DNA of 39,474 nt from a virus (Duplodnaviria; Caudoviricetes), in IMG/VR virus record IMGVR_UViG_3300011437_000016, positions 1 through 39,474 of that record. The stretch is one strand, 5' to 3'. The notes below the pieces were generated by a model that was not told the DNA's origin, ran no database searches, and saw only the letters and a program-made list of their open reading frames with translations. How positions within the stretch are numbered: position 1 is the stretch's first letter; each line of letters starts with the position of its first letter. Made by a program: the position numbers and the translations under genes. Of this stretch, positions 1-7,895 are shown in pieces.

Positions 1-65
1 CCCAGTTCTACTTTGTCAATTCGTCCCCCACTCCCTTGGGGTATTGCCTTTACCTGGACGTTGTG

Positions 66-656
66 CTAGGACGTCACGCCTTGCTTCCTTGGCTGCCTTA
101 CAACGCATGGCCGTCCCATCTTGTCAATGCCTACCCTGTAAGTAAGGCCACGCGTCAAACGAGCGTCTACTATTTCGAATGCCTTGACGGCATCCTCTAC
201 ATCCTTATCGGCCTGCTGCTGTGCAGTCTCCTGCGCGAGCCACGCGCTGTACTTCGTTTCCCACTCGCTGGCTGTGAGTCGGCGCGCGTCAACTGGACAC
301 AGCCACCGCAGGAACGACCCGGCGCGCACCACGCCCTCTGTTGGTGGGCAGGCTTTGTGTAAACGGGAACCCTTTCTACTGTTGCAGCGTCTACACGCAG
401 CTCGAATATTCCACTTGATGTTTCTGCCGCCTTTACTCAGTGGGATCCAGTGATCGATTGTGAGCTTCTTTGCTTCTCTACAATATTCGCAGCGGTTATG
501 GGCACTCTCAATCACATCTAACCAATCGATTAATTTAAGCCGACCGCCGCCGCGCATTATGGAGGCCGCCACTCGGTTTGCTTCGCGTTGTAGGTTGTAG
601 CCAGGATTACGTTCCAACCACGCGAGTTCTTCTGGTGTGAAAATACGCTTAGCCAT
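66..656 (-). CDS. HNH endonuclease (CxxC...DH...GG.N...N...CxxCN)
   Basis: Motif CEYC-x7-IDHWIPLSKGGRNIKWNIRAACRRCNSRKG. The ATG at 656 is preceded by GGAGG. The segment is visibly more AT-rich than the rest of the window. Confidence 0.85.
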   Translation of the reverse strand: MAKRIFTPEELAWLERNPGYNLQREANRVAASIMRGGGRLKLIDWLDVIESAHNRCEYCREAKKLTIDHWIPLSKGGRNIKWNIRAACRRCNSRKGSRLHKACPPTEGVVRAGSFLRWLCPVDARRLTASEWETKYSAWLAQETAQQQADKDVEDAVKAFEIVDARLTRGLTYRVGIDKMGRPCVVRQPRKQGVTS

Positions 657-768
657 GTGCCTGCCCTCCTCTGGCAGAACGTGGTTAGGGGTGACGGGCC
701 GACTTCTACTCGGCCTGCCGCCCCGAATTATACAGACTCGACTAACCCCCCCGAATCTCGCCGTTCGC

Positions 769-798
769 TTGACAACGACCGCTCGTAGCGTCCATACT
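769..798 (+). promoter_or_regulatory. sigma70-like promoter of the early operon, with the 12-bp operator in its spacer
   Basis: TTGACA (769-774), 18-nt spacer containing ACGACCGCTCGT (775-786), CATACT (793-798), then AAGGA RBS and ATG at 819. Confidence 0.7.
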
Positions 799-818
799 TG
801 GCATGTAAGGACATGGAC

Positions 819-1178
819 ATGAACAACACAGTGACGATTCTCCAAGACGGCGACGAGTTCCTCGTGCGCTGGGACAGCGAAACCGGCGACGTGGCGGGGT
901 TGGTTCCGCTCCTGACCCGCAAGCACGCCGAAGCCCTGGCAGCCCAGTTGACGGCCGGCGGCGACCCAGCGCGAGCCCTGCGGCGCGTGCTACGGCCCAA
1001 GCGGCGACCCAGTGTGAAGGCGACGATCAAGGCGTCGTTCACGAAGAACGGCAAACTCGGCGGCTTGGCCCGCGCGAAGAACCTGACGTCTGAACAGCGC
1101 AAACAGATCGCGACCGATGCGGTCAATGCCCGCTGGGCCAAGCGGGCGCCGAAGCCGGATGCACGGAGGGAACCATGA
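819..1178 (+). CDS. basic protein with C-terminal KGG/histone-H1-like motif, putative nucleic-acid binder
   Basis: GKLGGLARAKNLTSEQRKQIA..AVNARW resembles the GxKGGxARAxxLTxExRxEIAxKAAxARW small basic protein motif. RBS AAGGA. Confidence 0.6.
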   Translation: MNNTVTILQDGDEFLVRWDSETGDVAGLVPLLTRKHAEALAAQLTAGGDPARALRRVLRPKRRPSVKATIKASFTKNGKLGGLARAKNLTSEQRKQIATDAVNARWAKRAPKPDARREP

Positions 1179-1489
1179 AAGCGATTCTCGTGGTGATGGG
1201 CGGCACACTGAGGTCCGTGGACTCAGTGGTCATGGTCGCGGACGACGCGGTGGAGGCCACCTTGGCCGAGTTGACGGCGGCGGTGGACGGCTTGGCGGTG
1301 TTCCAAGTGGTCCCGGTCGAACCGCTCGCGCGCGTCGTGGCGTCGTTCACCGATGACGAGGACGAACGGCTCGATGACGACGCGCGCGTCAACTGTCCAA
1401 CCTGCGGCCACGACTGGCACGTCGGTGAGTCGGACGCTGAAGATCCCGAGCGTTTCTGCTCGCACGATTGCGAATTGGAGGTGCAGTGA
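1175..1489 (+). CDS. hypothetical protein with C-terminal Zn-ribbon
   Basis: CPTC...FCSHDC. ATGA overlap with the upstream gene and GGAGG RBS. Confidence 0.65.
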   Translation: MKAILVVMGGTLRSVDSVVMVADDAVEATLAELTAAVDGLAVFQVVPVEPLARVVASFTDDEDERLDDDARVNCPTCGHDWHVGESDAEDPERFCSHDCELEVQ

Positions 1490-1812
1490 TGGGCGCGCGA
1501 ATGTATGCGGAACGCGAGGCCGACCGGCTCGTCCTGGGCGACAAGGTGCGGGTGGTCCGTGGTGTCCTCGTCCGCGAAGGCGAAGTCGTCGCGGTGCAGA
1601 CGTATGAGATCGCCGGACTGCATCCAAGTTATCGCGTGAGCGTGGACGGCTACACGCAGACGGAGAATCGCACCAACCTCTACCGGTTGACGGAGTTGGA
1701 AGAACTCGTCGCGCGGTTGGAGGACGACCTTGAGTACTTCACGGCCACCGTGGAGGATTTTCAGCAGCAGCTCATCGACCAGCAGGACCGCGAGCAGGAA
1801 CCCGCACGATGA
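1489..1812 (+). CDS. hypothetical protein (SH3/KOW-like N-terminus, coiled-coil C-terminus)
   Basis: GDKVRVVRG...EGEVVAV. TGATG coupling and GGAGG RBS. Confidence 0.55.
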   Translation: MGARMYAEREADRLVLGDKVRVVRGVLVREGEVVAVQTYEIAGLHPSYRVSVDGYTQTENRTNLYRLTELEELVARLEDDLEYFTATVEDFQQQLIDQQDREQEPAR

Positions 1813-2543
1813 CCACCAGCACGCAACCGCCGGTCCAGATGCTCGTCGCCAAAGCCAAGTCGCGCGGCGTCACTGAGCAGCAGCTCGATGCGTTCTTTCG
1901 CCACGTCACGCAACGCGACGATGGCTGCTGGCAGTGGACCGCCACGATCACCAACAACGGCCTGCCGTTGTTCGCCGATTGCCCACTAGGACGGCCTGGG
2001 CGGCTCCAAGCCAAATCGCCCATGGCCCACCGGACGTCGTTCTGGTGGTTCAAGGGGCGGCTCTATCGCTACCCCTACGCCAAGCTCATCCAGACGTGTG
2101 GGCACAAGGCCTGCGTCAACCCGATGCACTTGGTGCAGAAGCTTGTCCGCGAGGCCAAGCCGGTGGAGCTGCACACTGACACGCTGACGGCGATCTTCAG
2201 TCGCGTGGAATGCGTGCCGATGCCGCCCGTGGATCGTCCTGACGATGACGAACTCGTGGGCCCCTGCTGGCGCTGGACCGGCGATGTCAACGTCAGCGGA
2301 TACCCGACGCTGGAAATGCTCGGCCATCCGCGGGCGCTAGACGTGTTGATCTTCGCGTGGTTTGGGACGTACCTCGCCGGCCAATCGGACGCCACCCATT
2401 TGCCGTTGCACAAGTGCGAGGTCCGCGCGTGCCTGAACCCCGCGCACATGCGACTCGTCCCAGCGGCCGACCGCCAAGCCCTGGCGGGACGACTGCGGAA
2501 GGCGACCGTTGATGCCATACCCACGACTGAAGGAGCGCGATGA
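1809..2543 (+). CDS. protein with two tandem His-Me finger (HNH / homing-endonuclease Zn-loop-like) domains
   Basis: Two copies of CWxWT...GxP...CxxxACxNPxH: CWQWT...AHR...CGHKACVNPMHL and CWRWTG...HKCEVRACLNPAHM. Confidence 0.75.
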   Translation: MTTSTQPPVQMLVAKAKSRGVTEQQLDAFFRHVTQRDDGCWQWTATITNNGLPLFADCPLGRPGRLQAKSPMAHRTSFWWFKGRLYRYPYAKLIQTCGHKACVNPMHLVQKLVREAKPVELHTDTLTAIFSRVECVPMPPVDRPDDDELVGPCWRWTGDVNVSGYPTLEMLGHPRALDVLIFAWFGTYLAGQSDATHLPLHKCEVRACLNPAHMRLVPAADRQALAGRLRKATVDAIPTTEGAR

Positions 2544-2544
2544 G

Positions 2545-2796
2545 ATGTCTGTGATGGTGACTGAACTGTACACGGCGCTGCGGTCGGTGGGCGTCGAGGA
2601 AGGGACGGCCAAGGCGGCGGCCGAGGCGGTGCTGTCCGAGCTAGTGACCAAGGGCGACCTGCAGATCGCGGTGGCCGCGCTCAAGACCGACATGGCCGAG
2701 CTGAAGGCCGATCTGATCAAGATCCAAGTGGGCACCATGGTCGCGATGACCGCGATCTTCGGCGGGCTGATGGCGATGCTGAAGATATTCGCATGA
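2545..2796 (+). CDS. CCDC90/DUF1640-like coiled-coil membrane-anchored protein
   Basis: LYTALRSVGVEEGTAKAAAEA...LVTKGDL...ELKADLIK followed by a C-terminal hydrophobic helix. AAGGAG RBS. Confidence 0.7.
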   Translation: MSVMVTELYTALRSVGVEEGTAKAAAEAVLSELVTKGDLQIAVAALKTDMAELKADLIKIQVGTMVAMTAIFGGLMAMLKIFA

Positions 2797-3119
2797 CGGT
2801 GATGGACGAGACACGTCGCACGCGGCTGCAGGAGCGTTTCGATCAGTTGTCGAGAAAACTCGACCTCTATGAAGAAACGCACGCGTTCTATACGGAGGCC
2901 TTCTGTCGGGGCAATCTCGCGGCGTGGGAAACCAGCAGCGATCTGGACCTCTGTGAGGTGCTCGTCTGGATCTTCAAGACCCACCCCGAAGAGGGGAACG
3001 TCGCCGAGTTGACCCGCGAACTTGAGGCGGCGAAACAAGACCGCGATCACGCGCGGACCCAACTCCAGGCGATTGGCCGAAAATCATTCTGGGCGGCACG
3101 ACCGCGAAAAGATCCCTAA
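2793..3119 (+). CDS. hypothetical helical protein
   Basis: ATGA-coupled ORF within the operon. Confidence 0.6.
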   Translation: MTVMDETRRTRLQERFDQLSRKLDLYEETHAFYTEAFCRGNLAAWETSSDLDLCEVLVWIFKTHPEEGNVAELTRELEAAKQDRDHARTQLQAIGRKSFWAARPRKDP

Positions 3120-3134
3120 CGGTTGGAGGAGTGC

Positions 3135-3506
3135 ATGGCAAAGCGAACGCGGAAGAGGCATTGGACGCAGACCCCGGAAGGCCGCGCGAAGATGTCAGAG
3201 GCGCAGAAGAAGCGGTGGGCGACGACGGCGCGGAACGGCCAGGAGGACGCCGTCCACGCGGTCGATCTGCCGCCGGCAGACCCGTCGTTGGCCTTTCTGC
3301 AGGAACTGGCGTTGCAGGGCGCACGAGCCAGACTCGCGGAGATCAATAAGGAGCGCACGATGCTTGAGCAGTTCCTCCACCGCGCACACGACCAAAAATT
3401 GACGGCCTTGATGCAGCGGACGCGACAGAACTTGAAATTGGCGCGGTTGGATGTGGTCGGGACGACGGGTGGCAAGGCGACGGTCGAAACGAAGGAGAAA
3501 CAATAA
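3135..3506 (+). CDS. basic putative DNA-binding protein (NUMOD3-like EGRAKMSEAQKKRW) with coiled coil
   Basis: TPEGRAKMSEAQKKRW motif. GGAGGAG RBS. Confidence 0.55.
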   Translation: MAKRTRKRHWTQTPEGRAKMSEAQKKRWATTARNGQEDAVHAVDLPPADPSLAFLQELALQGARARLAEINKERTMLEQFLHRAHDQKLTALMQRTRQNLKLARLDVVGTTGGKATVETKEKQ

Positions 3507-3706
3507 TGGCGCTCAGACTCGGCGCGCTGCACGACGCGCTCCTCGACGGAGGAACCGATCCCGTCCTCGCGCAGAAAGCCGCAGAGGAAGTCGCCAACTA
3601 CGAACACAGACTTGCGAGCGTCGAAACCAAACTCTCGGTGCTGCAATGGATGGTTGGCACGAACGTCGCGATCAGTCTCGCGATTTTCTGGCGGGTCTTT
3701 TCGTGA
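3506..3706 (+). CDS. small DUF1640-like coiled-coil/TM protein, paralog of 28304-28516
   Basis: Shares MALRLGALHDA...LAQKAAEEVANYE with 28304-28516 and has a C-terminal TM helix. AAGGAG RBS. Confidence 0.7.
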   Translation: MALRLGALHDALLDGGTDPVLAQKAAEEVANYEHRLASVETKLSVLQWMVGTNVAISLAIFWRVFS

Positions 3707-3722
3707 CCGAACAACGGGCCGG

Positions 3723-4337
3723 TTACGGCGTGGGGCTTGAGCCCCACGTCAGCGGCTCGATGTCGATGATCGGCGGCGGTCCTGGCAACTCGAGACTCGC
3801 ATCCACGCGCAGCAGCAGATCGGTGGACTGCGTGCCCACCCACACCATCCCCACAACATCGCCGTGCCGCCGCGCCAACTCCGCGCACAGCACGAGATGC
3901 TCGAGCGCATCCTCGTCCGTCTCTCCAGGCCCGTCCAATCCCACCACCAGCACCGCGTGCGCGAGCGGGCAGAACTCCAACCCCGCGTCGTAGCGCGTGA
4001 CTGCGGCGGGGATCGTCTCGTCGGGGCGGCGCGTACACCGCAGCCACCACTGGTCGCCCCACCTCGTCGCTGGGGTCACCGCCAGATCCCACTCCGCGCC
4101 ATCAGTCCAGATCGCGAGCGGACGCTTGAGGCGTGTGGCCGTGGCCCGCGAGGCCTGCATCACGGTACGGAGCGTATGCTCACGCGGGGCGCCGTCTTCC
4201 CAAGTGATCGGCTGCGCCTCACACCACACCGCAACGAGCTGTTGAACCGGCACGTTGTCCACGAGGTCCGCGGGCAGCACGACGGGCGACGGCCCGAGGC
4301 TCGCCATCGACAGATTGATCAGGATCTCAGTACCCAT
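3723..4337 (-). CDS. hypothetical protein
   Basis: Plausible composition. It starts 1 nt after the stop of the DUF1064 gene. Confidence 0.6.
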   Translation of the reverse strand: MGTEILINLSMASLGPSPVVLPADLVDNVPVQQLVAVWCEAQPITWEDGAPREHTLRTVMQASRATATRLKRPLAIWTDGAEWDLAVTPATRWGDQWWLRCTRRPDETIPAAVTRYDAGLEFCPLAHAVLVVGLDGPGETDEDALEHLVLCAELARRHGDVVGMVWVGTQSTDLLLRVDASLELPGPPPIIDIEPLTWGSSPTP

Positions 4338-4338
4338 G

Positions 4339-4788
4339 TCAGACCTCAGTGATGCTCAATCCATATTCTGCTTCGAAGATGCGTTTACGGAGACGGTAGA
4401 CCTGGGTCTTGGTGGGATCCGATTTGACGTCCTCGACCACGAGGACGCTGTCTTGGCGGTACCGAAAGTCCAACGTCAACTTGCCGACGACGACGGGCTC
4501 GCCGCTGGGACTGACGGTGTGCAGTTCATACTCTGGCTGCAGCTCCAGACCGGTGATGATCCCCGCGCGTTCCAGCAACCGCAGTTCCTGCCACCGCGCC
4601 GCTTCCTTTTTCGAGTCGAACAGGTACCCGTCGAGTTCCGTCTTGGTGTTCCTGTACTTCGCCGGCTTCGCCATCGTCCGAGCGGTGTCGCCCAGCGCGG
4701 CGGTCGCGGCCTGGACGTCGCTACGCAGCCGCGCGCGCGTCCGCATGTACTCGGCGTACTGCGCTTCGGTCATGCGGTCGAAGCTCAT
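4339..4788 (-). CDS. DUF1064-family phage protein (PD-(D/E)xK-like nuclease)
   Basis: KYRNTKTELDGYLFDSKKEAARWQEL...LELQPEYEL...DFRY...VVEDVK. Confidence 0.85.
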   Translation of the reverse strand: MSFDRMTEAQYAEYMRTRARLRSDVQAATAALGDTARTMAKPAKYRNTKTELDGYLFDSKKEAARWQELRLLERAGIITGLELQPEYELHTVSPSGEPVVVGKLTLDFRYRQDSVLVVEDVKSDPTKTQVYRLRKRIFEAEYGLSITEV

Positions 4789-4946
4789 GGCAGCGCGGCT
4801 TTCTCGCGCGGGCGTTTCACGCGGCGTTTCTTCCGGCGTTGCGCCACGAGTTTCAAGGCCGCAGCGCGGCGATCTTCAGTGGAGACATTTTCCCATCGAC
4901 GTCGGCCAAGAGCCTGGGCGGCGGCATTAACGGCAGGTTTACTCAT
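4785..4946 (-). CDS. small highly basic protein, 53 aa, not in the ORF track
   Basis: Translates as MSKPAVNAAAQALGRRRWENVSTEDRRAAALKLVAQRRKKRRVKRPREKAALP. Its TGA overlaps the DUF1064 ATG, and a -10 box TACACT lies 6 nt upstream of the ATG. Confidence 0.65.
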   Translation of the reverse strand: MSKPAVNAAAQALGRRRWENVSTEDRRAAALKLVAQRRKKRRVKRPREKAALP

Positions 4947-4952
4947 AGAGAG

Positions 4953-4972
4953 AGTGTACTACGACCGCTCGT
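4953..4972 (-). promoter_or_regulatory. operator ACGAGCGGTCGT plus -10 box TACACT, likely leaderless
   Basis: Exact copy of the 12-mer at 4961-4972, then 2 nt, TACACT, 6 nt and ATG. Confidence 0.7.
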
Positions 4973-5817
4973 CAACGGGTCTTCTGCGCCATGAGCAATC
5001 GGATGAGCGGATGCGGTTGTCCCGGGGCCACGTACTGGGGCGGCGGCGGGGCCGCGACCGGTGGCGGGGCTTGACCTTGACGCGGGAGATAGTCCGACAT
5101 CAACTCGTAGCTCCCGCTCTCGCTCTCGGTCACGCCAGGGCGACCCTTCCAGATGCGTTCAGACATCCGGTTGCGCGCGTGTGGAGCGGAGGCGAGGCCG
5201 CGATGGCCGCGAGTCTTCGCTTCGTTGAGCGCCTCTTGATACAACTCGCTGCCCAATCCTTTCCCCCGGTAGTCGTCGTACAGAAACACGTTGTCCACGG
5301 TCAAATGATCGTCAATGACATTCGATCCCAGATCCATCCACCCCGCGGTCTCTTCATACGGCTTGCCCCCGTACATCTTCGCGACGGCATCTTTGATCGC
5401 CACGGTGAGTTCCCCGCTGGGCCGCTGTTCCACGACCGTCCTGAAGGCCCCGAGGGGTTTGCCCATGCGGACGGCGACATCGTCGAGCGTGAGAAACGGA
5501 GCCTGCTCAATCGTCGGTTGGATTTTCCCGACTTCCTGCAACGCGGCCAGTCCTTCCGCGTCACTCATCTGGCCGGTGACGGGCGTCGTGAGCAGGCCGA
5601 GTTTCGTCTCTGGGGTGGCGTTGCCTGGGCCGATGCGCGACGGTCCCAACGGCCCCGCACTGGGCCGTGGGTTCGCGCGGGTCCGCAGCGACTCCAGCAG
5701 CACGGCATCGCTCGCCGGATGCGAGGCGACTGGCGGCGGGGTGTGCGGCGCTTGCGCGCCCGCCAGCATCTGCAGCAGGGCTTCCCGAAACGCCGCGTCC
5801 TGTTGCGGATCCGGCAT
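4972..5817 (-). CDS. GNAT acetyltransferase-domain protein at the end of the ejection-protein cluster
   Basis: VDNVFLYDDYRGKGLGSELYQEAL matches GNAT motif A (RxxGxG), flanked by Pro-rich disordered ends. Confidence 0.7.
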   Translation of the reverse strand: MPDPQQDAAFREALLQMLAGAQAPHTPPPVASHPASDAVLLESLRTRANPRPSAGPLGPSRIGPGNATPETKLGLLTTPVTGQMSDAEGLAALQEVGKIQPTIEQAPFLTLDDVAVRMGKPLGAFRTVVEQRPSGELTVAIKDAVAKMYGGKPYEETAGWMDLGSNVIDDHLTVDNVFLYDDYRGKGLGSELYQEALNEAKTRGHRGLASAPHARNRMSERIWKGRPGVTESESGSYELMSDYLPRQGQAPPPVAAPPPPQYVAPGQPHPLIRLLMAQKTR

Positions 5818-5820
5818 GGG

Positions 5821-6729
5821 TCAGCGTTCTGGGGCTCCACCGCCGAGCAGGCGTTGAAGAATGGCCGCGCGCCGTTCCGCCTCGGACAACTGCCGCGCCG
5901 CGCCACTGGCGAGGCCCGCCGCCGCGGGTTGCACGACAGGGGCGGCGGTGTACCCCGCTTGGGCCAGCCCACTTTTGACGCCAGGGCGGTTGAGCAGGCG
6001 TAAGCCCGTGATCACTCCCGCGCCAGTTTTCCCGCCGAAGTAGCCGCCGGCACTGCCCGCGAGGATGTCCTGCCAGAGCGGCACCCCAGGGCGCGCCGTG
6101 GCCGCCTGCATCGACTCGGCCGCATTGCGGGCGGCGGCATTCGGCGTGACTCGCACCCCACTCGGCAACTGGAACGGCTGTGCGGCCGCGGTCGCCTCGG
6201 CCGCATTGGCCGCAGAGACGCGGCCCCGCCCAGACCGTAAGAGGATCTCGCTCCCTTCCCGCGTCAGTCCTGGCACCGCTGACCGTTCCGCCGCGTTCGC
6301 GCCCGCCCGCAGGAGTTGCCCCCCGCGAACCCCCGGCATGGCGAAGGCGGCGGCGACATCCGGCGCGTAGGAACCGACCTGTTGCGTCAGATTCTCTGGC
6401 GCGAGGCGGGCTTCTGATCGCCCGGGCAACGTCGCCGGATCAATGCCCGCTTGTTTCAACGCGTCCAAGATGGCGGGGTTGATCTGCTGCTGTGGGCCCA
6501 TGCTGGCGAGGGACGCGTTGGCGCTATTGACCGCTTGGCCGACGCCCTTCCCGGCCCCAAGAAAGAAGTCGGCCAGCAGTCCGCGAGGCGGCGCCTGGAC
6601 TGGAGGCTCTTCCTTGGCCTGTCGTGCTTGCGCCGCGAGTGTGTCGTATTCGCGCGCGAGCGCGGCCAACCGGTCGAACTCCGTCTCTTTGGGGAGGTTG
6701 ATGTCTTGCCCGCGTTGATCGTCTGCCAT
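5821..6729 (-). CDS. putative internal virion / DNA ejection protein
   Basis: Ala/Gly-rich helical protein downstream of the tail hub, a typical podovirus position. Confidence 0.55.
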   Translation of the reverse strand: MADDQRGQDINLPKETEFDRLAALAREYDTLAAQARQAKEEPPVQAPPRGLLADFFLGAGKGVGQAVNSANASLASMGPQQQINPAILDALKQAGIDPATLPGRSEARLAPENLTQQVGSYAPDVAAAFAMPGVRGGQLLRAGANAAERSAVPGLTREGSEILLRSGRGRVSAANAAEATAAAQPFQLPSGVRVTPNAAARNAAESMQAATARPGVPLWQDILAGSAGGYFGGKTGAGVITGLRLLNRPGVKSGLAQAGYTAAPVVQPAAAGLASGAARQLSEAERRAAILQRLLGGGAPER

Positions 6730-6737
6730 GTCGCCCC

Positions 6738-7895
6738 CTACTTCTTCTTGGCTGCGGCGGCGTCCATCAAACGCTTGAAGGTATCCGCTTGCGATTGCGT
6801 CTCGAACGCGTGGACTTTCCCGGTCGGGTCGGTCACGGTGAACTTCCCGCCCCCGGCGGTAGCGCCCCGCTCAAACGGCTTGCCGTAGTAATCCTCGAAG
6901 GCTTGTCCCGAAGATGCCGCGAAGCCTTCCGCCACGCCTTCGCGCGTGCGCTTCTTCTGCGCGAGCGTCTCCGGCGTATCGCCGGTCGTGCGCGCGGCGA
7001 CGAGCCCTTCTTTCTGGAACTCCCCGGCGCTGATGGCCGCTCCTGATTCGCGTCGGAGTTTGGCGAGGGTGTACGCCCGCAGGGCTTGGGCATAGCGTTG
7101 ACCCGCCGGACTCAGCAGCATGTTGTTGATCGCTTCTGGGAGCGGCGACCCTTGGATGATGGCGACATCCTTCTCGTTCAGTTGCCCTTCGACCGCGTCC
7201 ATATCGTCGAGCGCGCTCCGCATCCGGGTGTAGAAGTCGCGCGTCTTCGTCTGCTCGCCCGTCGCGCGCGGCTCGCCCACGACGCGCCCGACTTCCTGGC
7301 CGGCGGCCTCTCGTTCATTGACGTAGCGCACGGTCTTCGTCGTCGGATCCATCACCGGCACGAGTTGGATCTGGGCTTGGGGCGGGCGCGTCGTCTGGAG
7401 CATGTACTGATTCGCCGCCGCCAGCGCTTCCTGGGGCGTCAGATCCTGCACCGATTTGCCCAAGGCTTTTGCGACCCGCGCGAGGTGGGCATCTTCCCCG
7501 CTGCCCGTGCTCGGATCCTTCGGCTCACCCGGCGTGGGCACGGTGTAGCGTTCGCGGCCGGTGTCCTCTTCGACGACGACGGTTTCCATCCCCTTGGTAT
7601 TCGGGTTGTAGCGGGTCAGTCGAATGAGACTCGGCTCTTTCGGCTTGTTCGCCGCCGCCCGCCGCACCTCGAGATCGCCCTGTTGGTAGCCCTCAATCGC
7701 CTGCCGATGGCGCGAGAGTTCTGCGCGCTCGTCGGCGTCGGTGCGGCGGTTGTACTCTTCCTGTTCACGCTTGATGGCGTACTCACGCTCCAATTGTTCC
7801 TGGGCGCGCCGTTCCGCGATCATCTTCTGCAGCTCGTTCTGGAACGCCAGCGCGCCGCCCGCGCCGGTCAAGCCGAGGTTGGGAGCTTGCGGCAT
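6738..7895 (-). CDS. putative internal virion / DNA transfer protein
   Basis: Coiled coils and KLRRESGAAISAGEF. Start MPQAPN at 7895 with GGAGG RBS and TGATG overlap. Confidence 0.6.
   Translation of the reverse strand: MPQAPNLGLTGAGGALAFQNELQKMIAERRAQEQLEREYAIKREQEEYNRRTDADERAELSRHRQAIEGYQQGDLEVRRAAANKPKEPSLIRLTRYNPNTKGMETVVVEEDTGRERYTVPTPGEPKDPSTGSGEDAHLARVAKALGKSVQDLTPQEALAAANQYMLQTTRPPQAQIQLVPVMDPTTKTVRYVNEREAAGQEVGRVVGEPRATGEQTKTRDFYTRMRSALDDMDAVEGQLNEKDVAIIQGSPLPEAINNMLLSPAGQRYAQALRAYTLAKLRRESGAAISAGEFQKEGLVAARTTGDTPETLAQKKRTREGVAEGFAASSGQAFEDYYGKPFERGATAGGGKFTVTDPTGKVHAFETQSQADTFKRLMDAAAAKKK

Noticed and set aside
657-926. N-terminal extension of the HNH ORF to 926
   Set aside because: It overlaps the divergent promoter and the 819 gene, and the ATG at 656 has a good RBS.
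5606-5622. Possible self-target of the TnpB guide (TCTGGGGTGGCGT versus TCTGGTGGCGT)
   Set aside because: It needs a 2-nt insertion in the seed and the match does not extend, so it is likely chance.
4255-6003. 582-aa plus-strand ORF
   Set aside because: It is an Arg-rich antisense shadow of the DUF1064, GNAT and neighbouring genes, expected from high-GC codon bias.
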